The notes beneath the pieces are model-generated. The model ran no database searches. It was not told the origin of the DNA and was given only the letters and a program-made list of their open reading frames with translations. DNA of 64,000 nt from Lama glama. Lineage: Eukaryota. Below are positions 25,040-37,693 of the stretch, one piece after another. The stretch lies in assembly GCA_028534125.1 (NCBI GenBank), contig CM052816.1:33730001-33794000 (forward strand). Reading direction: 5' to 3'. The position numbers and the translations under genes were made by a program. How positions within the stretch are numbered: position 1 is the first letter of the stretch; each line of letters opens with the position of its first letter.

Positions 25040-27960
25040 CAAATGTGCAGTAAAAATGTGAAAAGTCACTGTAGGCTTCAGGAGTTCTGGAAAGTGTCAT
25101 AAAGGAAGGAAGAGATGATCTGGGCCTGGTAGGCTTTAGATAAGCAGAATTGAAACAGGAAAATTCTTCTAGGCAAGAGAAACCTACTTAGCAAATCTGT
25201 GGAAACAAGAATAGTTATATACACGTGGTAAATGTAGGTAGTGGCCAGTTTGGTTGGAGAAGAGGGTTCTTTATAATGGCCTACAGGGCCCTATCTGGTC
25301 TGGCTCCCATCACCTCTCCAACCTCATTTCTTCTCAGTCTCCATCTCATTCATTCCCAGGCCAGCCACGCTTGCCTTTTGCTAGTCCTTGAACCTGCCAG
25401 ACATCCATCAGCCTCAAGACTTTTGTGTTTGCTAAAAATACTTTCCTCCAGATATTCTAGATACTTTTTCTAGATACTCTTCTAAATGGCACTCCAAAAT
25501 TCCCATCAAGTCTTTACTCAGATGTTACATTCTTGATGAGCTCTGCCCTGATCACTCTAGTTATTATTAGAGACTTCCCTGAACTCCCCCCTTCCCTTTT
25601 CTGTAGCACTTACTACCTTCTGATGTACTATAGAATTTACTTATTTTTTATGTTTGGTTATTATCTATCTCTTCCTTCTCAACAAAACTCCAAGATAGTA
25701 AGATGTTTTGAATTCTAATACCTAGAACAGTGCTTGGGACACGGTGATCAGCTGGCACATATTGTTGATAATGCAGATTACTAGTGGGATCTAAGGCTAG
25801 GAAAGTATAATGATGTGAGATGATGAGCTCGAGGAAGGTGCAGGCAGAGGAATTCAGTAAAAGTGTTTGAGAAGGGAATGACATGCATAAAGAGAAGTTT
25901 TAAAGAAATTAATCTGGTAGTGGTAAAGAATTTGGATCTTTGAGGGAAGGAATTATGACAATAGTTTAGAAGTTTGGTGATCTGGGCTTATACAGGGGTA
26001 TTGGCAGTAGAATTAAAGAGGAAAGAAGTGATTTTTTTTTCAAAGAGGGTATTTAAAAAGGAAGACCAATCACACTGAGCAACAGATGAGACATTAATGT
26101 TAGGGGTGTTGGAGGTATGGCAGGGACATGGCAGCTTCTGATTTTACTCTCCTCCTTTCTGTTACCCTCCCTTTTCTGTCGGCTCTGTGCCATGGATAAC
26201 TGACCCTTGTGAACTGTCTCACCTTAGCCAGTCCTGAAGAGCTTTGGAATGTTCAGAGTTTGGGCAGTTCAGGCCTGCTGACTTAACCTTCTACAGTACA
26301 AGGGAGAAGTCAAGAGTTCTTTGGCAATTTTAAGTTTGATATACTTCTTTGACATCCAAATGGGAATGTCAGGGGTTAGAGAGATGGTCATGCGAGTTTT
26401 CAGTGCATATAGTTCATACCAGGTATTTAAAATCATGAGATTGGATGAGATTATCTAAAGAGAGAACGAGGTTAAGAAGAGGAGCGGGCCAATGACTGAG
26501 ATATAAGGCTCTCCAATATTTAAAATTTAAAGTGATAGAATATGCCAGCAAAATTAGAAGGCAAATTAGGAGATTACATAGTCAAAATATCCTTGAGCAG
26601 AAAGTGTCTCAAGATAGAGGAAGTCAACCACATTACAGATTAATGGAATATTTAAAGATGAAAAATGGAAGATCTTGTGTGCTTATCATTAGGATTGATC
26701 TAGTGAAGAGGTAGACATTGATGATGCAAAACTGAAAAGAGATAATTATAGGCATTGAGCCCTTGGAGAGGTAAGAAGGGATGGGACCCAGAGCACGCTG
26801 GAGATGTGCAGAGCTTGCATTGTGCAGGAAAGAAAGCAGCTGACAGGGTTCGAGGTGCGTGGATTTGAACATTTGGTGGGGAGAGATTGAAGGACTTGCT
26901 GCCAAATTGCTTATAATCTCCTAGTGAAGTAAACTTCATTTTTAAACCTGCATACTTTTTCTTCACATCTGGTCCACATAATTCTCTCAATTTAAGGAGA
27001 ATGTAAGGAAGGGGAAGAATAGCTGATGGACAAAGTTAGAGGAATTTATAGACTAAAGATCATAATCATGGGCAAGATCTGTTGGATTGAGAGTAGTAAA
27101 CAAAGCAAGCTGGAAAAATAAGAAGGTATAGTTTTGTTTTGTATTTTTTTAGCATTGAACACCGGAAGTTTATTGTCTCACAGTTCAGGAGATTAGAAGT
27201 CCGAGATCAGAGTGTTGGCAGACCGATTATTTCTGAGCATTGTGAGGGAGAATCTGTTCGGTCCTCTCTCCTCGCTCTGGTGGTTTGCAAGAAGATATAG
27301 TTTTGAAGGAGCTGTATTTATTATTTCAGTGACAAAATAACTACATTCAAAAGCAAAGCTCCAGGATATGGCCATGGCAGTGAGTGGCTGAGCTCGAGCT
27401 AAGGAGAGTTCCTTAGGGATAAGGAAGAAACCTAATGAGCAAGAATTTGAGACAGATTAGCTATGTGTCACTCAGGGTGATGACAGGATTTAGGGATGAG
27501 AAAAAGGCCAAAGTCTTTAGTACATAAAAGGAAGTAAAAATGATTTTGGTACATGGCAGTGAAGAGAAGGGTTAGAGGGTAGGGTTTAACAGGAGAGAGG
27601 AGTAATTGTCCAGAAGTGGCAGTGTAGAGCAAGAAGGATCGTGACTTCATCTTGGGGTTTGATGTATTTGAAACATAGGAAAATGATTGAGCAAATTCAG
27701 GGAATCCATTTCCCTGGGGAAAGATAAATTTCAGTAAATGATAAGCATTTTAAAAATATGAGTGAAGAATATGAACATAAATGGGTTTATTAATCATGGA
27801 ATGGGAGTTCCCAAAGGGGGATTGAGGAGTGAGTTCATCAGTGGGTGTTTTGACCATAAGAGAAAAGTCATATAAAGAGGAAAATGAGGGGAATATAGGA
27901 GTCCAAGAACCTAACTGGCAGTGACCAAGGAAAACAGACTGAAGGTCTGTGGACATTTCT
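25040..27960 (-). mobile_element. Long decayed L2 region with nested insertions, including an opposite-strand L2 at about 25270-25770
   Basis: Purine-rich L2 text such as 'tttgacatccaaatgggaatgtcagg' and 'catgagattggatgagattatctaaag'; the inner piece ends 'cctagaacagtgcttgggacacgg'. Confidence 0.65.
27137..27288 (-). mobile_element. Polyadenylated MLT1C-like LTR 3' fragment with 17-bp TSD (retrocopy)
   Basis: Reverse strand reads 'gcaaaccaccagagcgaggagagagg...ctgatctcggacttctaatctcctgaactgtgagacAATAAActtccggtgttcaatgct' followed by an A-rich tail. TSD aagaag(g/a)tatagttttg at 27120-27136 and 27289-27305. Confidence 0.85.
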
Positions 27961-28468
27961 GACTCTCCAGTGGCCAGGATAAGAGCTGATGTTGCCCGAG
28001 TGGATATGAAGCATTTGTGCTTTCAAACATTCAGACTTTAACTGCATTCAAGATGAGCCCAGGGAGAAATGCCTTTTGATGATTCTATTTAGAATAATCT
28101 TACGCAAATGTCAATTTGATTATGCTACCACCTTTGCTTAAAACCCTTTCAATACCTCTCCACTCAAGATGAGGTCCAAGCTATTTAACCTTGAATAAAG
28201 GGAAAGAAAGAATAGTTTTTGGAGGAAGATGTTGAGAAGGATGAAGGAAAACTATAGAAATGGGGGTAAGTTTTGTTTTAGGAAAATGGAGAATAGAGGA
28301 GAAAAGTGGAAAGACTGGATAATATATAAACATATTTGGGGGAAAAAAGAGCTGTGTGACATTTCTATTCTTAGGATATCAACAAGGAATCAAAAGAGCT
28401 ACATAGGTGAGTGGGAGAGAGAGGGAGAGAATGTTATAATGAAAATCTTTCTGTTGGAACAGTAATTA

Positions 28469-28540
28469 TTCAGTGGTAGACTGCATGCTTAGCATGTATG
28501 GGGTTCTGGGTTGAATCCCCAGTACCTCCATTTAAAAGGA
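28469..28540 (+). mobile_element. 5'-truncated camelid tRNA-derived SINE
   Basis: 'tcagtggtagactgcatgcttagcatgtatggggttctgggttgaatccccagtacctccatttaaaa'. Confidence 0.85.
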
Positions 28541-28648
28541 AAGAGAGAGAGAGAGAAGGAAGATGGAAGGAAGGAAGGAAGGAGGAAAGAAAGGAAGAAA
28601 GAAAGAAAGAAAAGAACAGAAAGGAAGGGAGGAAAGGGAGGAAGGAAA
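28535..28648. repeat. Compound GA/GGAA/GAAA purine microsatellite grown from the SINE tail
   Basis: Directly visible; almost purine-only on the plus strand. Confidence 0.9.
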
Positions 28649-28664
28649 TCTGTCTGGCTTTTAA

Positions 28665-28870
28665 GTCAGACAGGTTAATGTGAATTGGAGCAATAGCTCT
28701 GCCATTATGAGCCCTGACCTTAGGCAAATCATTTTACATCTCTGAGCTATAGTTTTCTCATTTGTAACATGAGATGAACAGTATGTGCTTCTAGGTTGCT
28801 TTGAATGTTAAATTAGGAAACACGAGAAAGTGTAGACCATTGTACTTGATACCTAATAAATCCTCAGCAA
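28665..28870 (+). mobile_element. MIR SINE
   Basis: 'tagctctgccattatgagccctgaccttaggcaaatcattttacatctctgagctatagttttctcatttgtaacatgag'. Confidence 0.8.
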
Positions 28871-31006
28871 GTGTCGATTCCACCTTTCTCTTCAGAGCTA
28901 TGAGCTTCCAATCTGGTTTTTCTCTTACTTCTGTGATCACTACTAGTTTTCTCGCCAGTTTCTGCTTCTACCTATCAAAATTCAGTGGATTTGATCTCTT
29001 CTTTTCTTTAATGGTTCCATTTCCCATTTTATTGTAATTACTAAATCTCTATTTGATTTGGTGGTTCATTTTTCTCATGTGCACGTAGAACTAGGGTTAC
29101 TCACCACCTTGAGGAGATTTTAGTTGATTGTTAGTCTTCCAGCTAAAATTAAATGTATCAGAGAATTAAGTGCTTTTACCTGTCACCACCTGCAGCGATA
29201 TAGTCATCCCCATTTTGATACCTGAGAAGCTCAGCTTTCATACCCAATCTAACTTCAGGCAGTTAACTGTTTCCAGAAGGATGAGAATTTTGTTTTTCAA
29301 ATGTACTTTACTCTTTCTTACCTCTGAGTCCTTCACTGTTGCTGAACATATTCATTCTCCCTTTGGTACTTGTACTTCAGGTAGATCGCTTTGGACTTCT
29401 GGGTCTCAGTTACAAAATGAGAGATTGGTAGTTATTCAGCTCAAGGTGTGTATGGTTCTGTGAAGCTTAAGGACAGTGCATCCTCTCCTGGAGGCCACAC
29501 AGCTGGTTAGTGGCAGATTTAAAGGGAACCCATACCTCCTCCAGAGAGCAGCGTGCTTTCCCATATGTCCCAGGTAACCACAGGAAGTAATGCCAGATGT
29601 TGCCGTTTTTCCTATTGTTTTCTCATATAAAAAATCAGGTCAACTCACCCATTCTTTTCACTCTTCTTGCCTCTTGCCACCACCCCCAGATATCTGGGTA
29701 CAGAGATGAACCATGGTCTTTTGGCTGTTCATATGGTATAATGAGTTCTAGGAAACTAAGTGGGAAGGTGGTAGAGAAAAATAAATGACAAGAAAAGAGA
29801 GGTAAACAAAGGGTACAGAAGTCTTCTTTGGAAAGCAGGAGGGGTTGTCCAGCATTAAAACTCAGAGCTCCAAGGAACTTGCCACTAATGAATAAGGATG
29901 TTGAAATACAAGGCTTTCAGTAATGTCAGCACGGTTGACCTGTGTTGTCATATCTCCTGTTAACTGTACTTTGCACATCACTTACACATTACAGAGATAA
30001 GTGCAATTTTGTGTTTTAAATGGGGGGATTCCATGTGGTTTTGGTAGTCTTGGGGTGTGAATGTGAAGACAGACTTGAAATACTCTCACAGAACCCTATG
30101 TTTGTGTTAAGTGTCATGAGCATGGTAAATGGACAAGAAAGAGCCCTTGGGAAATTCCAGGAAAGGCAGGATGAGGGAAGGAAATAGCAGTTGACTGTCG
30201 ACTACTAGAAAACTGATACTAGAGTTAATTCTTTCAGAACAGTGGATGCTGAAAACAATTGAGAAAGCAGAGAAATAAAAAACAGAAACCAACTATTACT
30301 TAAAGCTTTCTGTTTTGAAAGCCACTACTATTTGGGTCTATCTCTTCTCATTCTAGGATGTCACAACCTTAAGGGGTAAACGCTAAAAATCTCTTGTGTG
30401 AAGTTTTAGTTTCACAAGGACATGGTTGAAATCTTAGGTTTTTTTCTTTTGGATTGGGCACTGGCTTTTCTCTGTATTTTTCTCTCTTTTCTAGTCCTCT
30501 GTAAACATAGGAGCTATGTGTTTACTGATATCTCACAAAGAGATACTCCAGTTGGTTCTGTTCTGTTTCCCACTGGTCAGGGGCAAGATGTTCCCTAAAC
30601 TCCTCCATACCCACACAAGATGTCCAAATGACTCTCCTCCTTTTAAGGGGCTAGGACGTGTCTAGGACCATTGAACTGTGGGTTGTCCTTAGGTGGATGA
30701 CATGGGATGATGCTACTTGAGTCCTCTGGGCCGCTGTCATCCCTTCTAGTGTACTTCCTGGCATTTGAGGCAAAAGGTGTTTTCTTCTTCCCTCTTCAAG
30801 GACTACCTTTTTTTTTCTTCTCTCCCAACTGCCTTTGCTCTGTGTTGGATCTACTCTTTGCCTTCTGTCCTGCCACTCCCCAGCTCCTCTGTTCTATGTA
30901 CTAGAAAGTGGGCTCTGCAAGCTGAGAGCTCAGAATTGTCCTGTCAGATTTACATTTGCTTCTGTTTTGTTGTAGGCCGAAAGAAAACTGGCTCTTGAGT
31001 AAGCGT

Positions 31007-31027
31007 AAGTGAAAGGGGAAGTGAAAC
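31007..31027 (+). promoter_or_regulatory. Candidate PU.1/IRF composite element (EICE) with a second IRF half-site
   Basis: AAGTGAAAGGGGAAGTGAAAC contains the PU-box GGGGAAGT fused to GAAA (GGAAGTGAAA) plus an upstream AAGTGAAA. Motif match only. Confidence 0.45.
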
Positions 31028-31846
31028 ACATAGAAAGCAATCATGCTAATATTTTGAGCTAACTCTGCAACACCTATGCAAAGGATGAAGCTGGAGTTGA
31101 CGTCTGCCTTTTTAAAAATGGGACCAGGCGATCGGAGACAAGGACGTGTTTTTTGGTTATTTTGGTCTACTAGGAAGATTTCCTCTGCTTGTAAATGACA
31201 TAAAGCAAATGCCTTATTTAGTAAGGAATTTGATTGGAGTGATAAGATGGTATCTTGTGAAATAAAAGGAAGAGAGCAATCCAGTTATATTTAAAAAGGA
31301 CAGGAATTCAGCTGGGCCTTGGGAACAGTCAGCCCCAGGCTCTGCAGGGCCCTCAGGGCTCTTTTCCCTCTGCCTGTAGACTGGCTTTCTCCGTGAGGTG
31401 GAAAACATGACCACTCACTAAAACCTAACTGTAATTTCAAAATTGGAAGAAAGAAGCTGTGCATCCCCTTTCCCTCTAAGAACAAGAAAGAAAAAATAAA
31501 AGGCAATCTGGGGTATCTGTTTGCCACAATTTTATTTTACCTTACAAGAACGAATTTCAGAGCTTCTACTGGGGCTTTGTACAGCAAAAGAAGGAGCGAT
31601 TAAGAGACATATTTTGACAAGGAGTTTATTTTTCAGTCTCAGCAGGTTGGTGGGATAAAATTGAAAGTGTAAGCTGGAGATGAAAGAAAGGAATTAGCAC
31701 ATATCTGTGCTGTAAGAATGTTAAATATTTCATTTTGAGATTGCTAGCTTTGCAGAGTCCATGGCTGGTTAAGAAAAATATTTATCTTCCACCTTATGGG
31801 TTGAGATTATGTGGTTTGATAAGAATTGATATTTTTTCTTTGGAGG

Positions 31847-31848
<2 letters not shown>

Positions 31849-31883
<35 letters not shown>
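31849..31883. repeat. (TG)n microsatellite
   Basis: About 17 perfect tg units. Confidence 0.97.
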
Positions 31884-31885
<2 letters not shown>

Positions 31886-32265
31886 CTACTGCTACCTGCT
31901 AGAAATAGAAAGAATAATGAGACAAGTTCTGTGATGGCTACTGTTAGAATTTTAGACCCCTTGGGTTGTTATTTCAGACTGAGTAACTCAAACCTGCAAA
32001 AATATATTGTAGGGAAAAGTCAGATGCTTCTTAAGGCAAAATAGTTTACTGTCATGTTTTCCCAAAAGGCATGTGGGCATCACAGAGAGGGACAGACCTG
32101 AAGAGAGGGGCATGAGGTTATAGACAAGGGACATGCACCACCCACGAGAGGCTGCTCTATCCATTTTTAACTTCTTGGTTGCTTTTCTTTTAGATGTTGT
32201 ATACAACAGATAACAGTCAACAAATATCAAAGAAAGGTACTTAGCCTCAAGAATACTTGTCTATA

Positions 32266-32440
32266 ACAAGATTACACTGTATAGCACAGGGAAATATACA
32301 CAAAATGTTATGATAACTCACAGAGAAAAAAATGTGACAATGAGTGTGTATATGTCCATGAATGACTGAAAAATTGTGAACACTGTAATTTGACACAACA
32401 TTGTAAAATGACTATGAATCAATAAAAAATGTTAAAAAAA
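32266..32440 (+). mobile_element. Young, 5'-truncated lineage-specific L1 3' end with perfect 17-bp TSD
   Basis: 'acaagattacactgtatagcacagggaaatat...caataaaaaatgttaaaaaaa'. TSD aagaatacttgtctata at 32249-32265 and 32441-32457. Confidence 0.92.
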
Positions 32441-33919
32441 AAGAATACTTGTCTATAGAAGAAATAAGACAATGTGGCAACGGCGTGGGAACAGGGTACA
32501 GGGTAGATCCCCTTGTATTCCTTGGTCCCACAGAGATTCACAGGCCAGCAGACCCATATTTCATCAGATGTATGGAGTGACTTGCCCAGAGTAGGTTTCT
32601 GCAAACTCTTCATCACCTTTCTTTACCATTGTCTACATTCCTCCCTTGAGTGTGAGTCAGAAACACATTAGTACTTGCAATGTCCAATTAAATAAGACAT
32701 AGTTAAGCACATTTAATTCAACAGAATACATGCTTGAGCAAAAATAAGTCACGTGTAACATAATCAGATTATTCATACTTTTGGACAAAGGACTTTGTAT
32801 GGTTCATGATCTGGACATCTTCTCCATATAAAGCTACAAAATATTGTGGTAGTTATTTAATTTCATTTTCTCCCTTTTTATATTATCATTTCCTTTAGTT
32901 ACCCTAGTCCTTCTGTTAAGATTGACACAGCTGTTCAACCTCATGTGGTGATACTTTGGAAATTAAAGGATGGGCAGAATAGGAAGTGCATCCTGAAACA
33001 GAACGGCCCTTTTTTTGGTGCCAGTGCACAGAGAGCAGTATGCTACTGAGGTGACTATGTCCCGGTAGACAGGAGGGGACCAACAATGATGAGGAGTTTT
33101 CTTGCAGAGAAGCTGGGAATATTGCGGTAGAGCATAATGAGGACTGTGACGACGTAATGGCTATGTGGCCGAGACAGGATGAGCCATAAGAAGATCCCTT
33201 TACACATAGACTTTAGACAGGTAACAGTAAATCTGGAAGGAAACTGATATTTGGAGTTCATGGTATGATCAAATTCTAAGTCCCAGTTGCAAAATCCCAG
33301 GGTAGGGACTTATTGCCCAAAGTGGGTGAGAAGCTAAGATCCAGACCAGTGCCCAGAAACCAGCTAATGCAAGGGCTAAGTATAAACTTGTCTACTCCTG
33401 CAGACATATGGATGGGGGCAAAGAGAACAGTTTTCAAAACAAGAGAGGAGTTGAATGGTCAGCCCCACAATAATGCGTTGGACACTACCTTTTCCACTAT
33501 TGAGTATTAGGGGTGTGAGGATATTACTGTTTTGGGCAAAGTTGACTTTTCCATGGCTCCTCCTGTTTATCATAAATATGGATTGTGGAAGATAGATAAA
33601 AGATGATTAATTTATTAAATGGTATAACCCTGTAACAGCCTTTTGCTGTTTAAGTGCGAAGTCAGGTTTGAAGTGCTCACCTCCTTAACAGGACAAATTA
33701 TTAAAAGCCCTCTGACAATCTCAGGAAAACTCAGACAGAGACAGAAACAGAAAGATGGCTTTTTAATTCCCCCCCAAAAAATTATGAAGTTTTCATTAGT
33801 TGTCTCACATACCTGATAGAACAAAATTGGGAAAACAAAGAAATAGAAACCAAGAAACATCAACTAGAAACTCTGCACACTGAAAATTAATAAACAACAA
33901 GAGCAACGTAAAGCACCCT

Positions 33920-34395
33920 CACGCTAATTAACACATCTGTCACCTCACACAGTTACCATTTTTGAAGGGGGTGAGGTATGGTGAGAACATTTAAGATCTA
34001 CTTTCTTAGCAAGTTTCAAGTATAAAATAGAGTATTACTATCTACAGTTACCACGTTGCATAGTTTCCCCAGAACTTATTTATTTTATAATTGAAAGTTT
34101 TTACCCTTTGACCAACATATCCCAGTTTTCCCCAGCCTTTAATCCCCGGTAACCACCATTCTTCTCTCCAGTTCTACAAGTTCAATATTTTAAAATTCCA
34201 CATATAAGTAAGATAATACAATATTTCTCTTTGTCTGGCTTATTGCACATAGCTTAGTGTCCTCCAGGTTTAATCACGTTGTAGCAAATGGCAGGATTCC
34301 TTCCTTTCTGTGGCTGAATAATATTCCATTGTATACATATCACATTTACTTTATCCATTCATCCATCGATGGATACTTAGTTTGTGCCCATATAG
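33920..34395 (-). mobile_element. L1MA-type LINE-1 3' fragment
   Basis: 'ggtgagaacatttaagatctactttcttagcaagtttcaag...ggctgaataatattccattgtatacatatcacatttactttatccattcatcc'. Confidence 0.85.
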
Positions 34396-34524
34396 TTTAA
34401 AATGGTTTTTCTCTTGTGTGTTTTAATTTTATTTAAAAATAATAATAGATAACTAATCTCCCTAAGAAAAGATCTTTTTCAGATATTTTATGGACAACTA
34501 GGTGTTCAAAAGTTTAGAGTTCTT

Positions 34525-34663
34525 TTTTTTTTAATTTTAAACATTTTTTATTGAGTTACAGTCATTTTACAATGTTGTGTCAAATTCCAGTGTAGAGCAC
34601 AATTTTTCAGTTATACATGAACATACATATATTCATTGTCACATTCTCTTTCGCTGTGAGCCA
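34525..34663 (-). mobile_element. Young, 5'-truncated lineage-specific L1 3' end with perfect 18-bp TSD
   Basis: Reverse-complement homologue of 32266-32440. TSD caaaagtttagagttctt at 34507-34524 and 34664-34681. Confidence 0.92.
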
Positions 34664-35684
34664 CAAAAGTTTAGAGTTCTTGATTTAAGTGGAGTCATGT
34701 ACACTAATAATCTTCATGTTTGATAGTAATTTTAAGTGGCTGTGAGTAGAGTGGGGTGGTGGAGAGAATAGAAAAACAAAGGGAAAATCAGATCTGAGAT
34801 TTCCTTTATATTTAGTTTAAAAACAGTTGCCCCCGGGCAAGGATTGGAGTTTTAAAAATTAAACATTTATCTGACATGTAAATTTACCTGACAATCCAGG
34901 ATTAAATGGTCAAGAGGTACTATCAAATCTTGAGGTCTGTTCAGAGCTTCCTTAAGCAAACTTTTAACTCTCTACTCAACCTGAGTACAGTGACCCCATA
35001 GGGGTCCATATTGTGGGAGGGGATTAACAAAGAAGGGAGGGACTGCAAGTATTAAGAGGAGAAAGATGCCACCTCTTTATCCTCTTATTTGTCCCATCTC
35101 ACGCACAAAGGGAAAAAAAGTGAATGCACAGGTTGTGAGAGACCTGGAGACAAATACCAGAGAAAGCCACTGTATCATATTAGTTAATTAACTGATTCGT
35201 TCCTTTAAAAAATCATTATTAAATAACTACTGTATTATATTGTTCTGCTGGATGCCCATGGAGACAAGGTAGAAAGCACCAGGGTGAGTTTCTTGCTTTC
35301 AAACTTCATGTCTCCAAAATCTGAAGAACAGTCTATGTGATGTCATAAATATTAATATTTGTTAGGTTTTAAATGTATCACATAATTTGTATTTTAATTC
35401 AGGTCTCATGTAGTCCCTCTTTCTCATCTACAGCATTTTTGGTGTGTAGCAGCCTTCATCAGAAGCAGTGGTGACATTGCACTTAGTCCCGAGCCATTTC
35501 AGAAGCACTAATGCCAAGCACTTCATTCCTCCATGTGCAAATCACTGGTTGCATCATGGAACTCTTTATTTTCCTTCTGTGCTGCTAGTCTACTCCCTTT
35601 GCAGAGTCTGCAGTCCAAGAGGCCTGTCCTTTAGAGCTTAAGTTCCTCTTGGGAGTGTCTGAGTTATTCTCTTAAATTAGACAC

Positions 35685-35957
35685 TCTAAGATACTGGGAC
35701 TTACACCATTGATTCTCCTGGTTCTGAGGCTTTTAGACTCAGATTGGAGCTTACACCAGAGGCTTCCTTATTCGTAGTCCTTCAGAATGTAGATCTTGGG
35801 CTTCTTCGCCTCCAAAATCACACGAGCCAATTCCTTATAATAAATCTCTCTCTCTGTGTGTCTTTATATATACACACGTACGTATACATAAACATACATG
35901 TACATGTTTATATGTATCCTATTGGCTCTGCTTCTCTGGGGAACCCTGACTAATGTA
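35685..35957 (+). mobile_element. MLT2 (ERVL) LTR 3' part
   Basis: 'cgcctccaaaatcacacgagccaattccttataataaatctctctc...tcctattggctctgcttctctggggaaccctgactaat'. Confidence 0.85.
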
Positions 35958-36489
35958 GATGTATTCATATAATTAAGACATAAGATCAGAAAATATAATA
36001 TTATGTAAACTAGCCTGGTTCAATATGAAATATACAAAGTGAGCTGTTGCTGAAATCATCCCTAAAGCAGCCCATTCTAAGAGATAATTTTAGTATGTGG
36101 CTGATTATGATACTAAGATGTCTCCTATATTTAGTCAAAAATAAAAAGCATGTATTGCCAGAGGCTTAAAAATAATCATACCTAGCTCAGTGGTAAATTT
36201 GATACAATATAGCTCCAGAATTATACATAAGAGAGCATCACTGAGTGATTAATGTATATGTTTTAGGCTTCTTGTCACACATATTTTTGTGATGGGGCTC
36301 CCCTTTACACCTTGCTCTTCTATCCCATGGTCACTCAGTTCTCGCTTCTCTGATTCAGCAAGCAACCTTAAGGAAGGAGATGAACTTAAGGAAGAAAATG
36401 AACTATCAGGCTAATGAGAGCCTTCCAAATAGTTCTGCATTTTATTCCTTGGTAAATAATACCAAATTGTCTAAATTCACATTTTAGCC

Positions 36490-37140
36490 TCTCATTCACT
36501 CACAGCACAAGTACCTACCCAGTGCCAGCTAATAACAGCAGTCATTTTAGGTCTTAGGATGGTACCAAAAGTGAGAGGCAGTATCCTTCCTTTCAAATAT
36601 TATGAAGAAGAGAAATACGAATAAGTACTATATGGCACAATACACTATGGAAGAGCCATGGGAACACAAAAAAGCAGGAGAAAAAGGGAATTCACTTTGA
36701 GAAGTAGTGAAAGATTCCAGAGGAGATGCAGTCTGATTTGGTTTTGAAGGATGGGTTATTGTTTGCAGAGAAGGAAGAATGAGGGGAAGTCATAGACAAG
36801 GAGCCAGAGGATCTGGTGGTAAACGTGGAGGAGTTTTGTGAGGTCAAAGAGGTGTGTCTGAAGTGCACAGGTTTGGCTAGAAAGATCAGTGGGTCCTATG
36901 TCTGCCACGTTCAGGAGTTGGGGACCTTCCTCTTGGCAAACAGGCATGAGTTTTTAATTGGGGAAGAAACATAGTCAGATTTGAATTTTAAAAAAATATG
37001 TTTGGAGAGCTTGTGGGCAGGGGTTTTCAGTTAGGAGACACTTGCCTGAGGGAAACCAGTAAGGAAATTATTTTAATATTTTAAGTGAGAAATGATAAGG
37101 AGTTGAGTCAAAGCAACAAGAATGGGAAAACAGGAGAATT
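36490..37140 (-). mobile_element. L2 LINE fragment
   Basis: 'tcattcactcacagcacaagtacctacccagtgccag' tail followed by decayed L2 body. Confidence 0.6.
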
Positions 37141-37216
37141 AAGGAGTTTGATTTTATGAGTCATTTGTCTAGAGCTCAATCAGACATACTAAAGTTGATA
37201 ACAAGCAAAATATTAT

Positions 37217-37693
37217 TGCAAAGGGAAGCAGAGTATGCCAACCCCAAATATGCCACTTTGGCGTATTGATTATTTTGAATTAAAGTTACTTAAGAAACAG
37301 CTGGCTCAAGAAGAACACTCTGACCTCCATTGTCCCCCTGAAAGCAGGAGATAAATCTCTCATGTTAAAGGTACCCTCCCTGTACCAAGAAATAGAAATC
37401 CTTACCACCCGAGATGGGGAATTGAGGGCTGAGAAGGCTGTGTAGACAAACCCTGTTACTTCTTCACAAATATGTTACCCCAAGACCAAACCCCAAACTC
37501 CTCACAAATTTATTGTTTCCTTATTTAAAAGATATAAAATCTGCCTGCTTTGGTCACTTCTTTGAGCCTCATATTTTTATGAGATCCTGTATGTAGAAAA
37601 TTAAATTTGCTTTTCTCCCATTAATCTATCTTTGTCAATGTAATTACTGGACCAACCAAGGAACCTAGCAGGGAAAAGTTTTCATCCTTGACA
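37217..37693 (+). mobile_element. Complete ERV1 solo LTR, MER34A-like, TG...CA with 4-bp TSD
   Basis: 'cagagtatgccaaccccaaatatgccactttggcgtattgattattttgaattaaag', TATAAAA near 37533. TSD ttat at 37213-37216 and 37694-37697. Confidence 0.88.

Noticed and set aside
25438..25487. Repeated tctagatact motif
   Set aside because: Short local slippage duplication inside an L2; not a repeat-spacer array.
28470..28727. Lys/Glu/Arg-rich and Phe/Leu/Ser-rich ORFs
   Set aside because: They are translations of a SINE plus a purine microsatellite.
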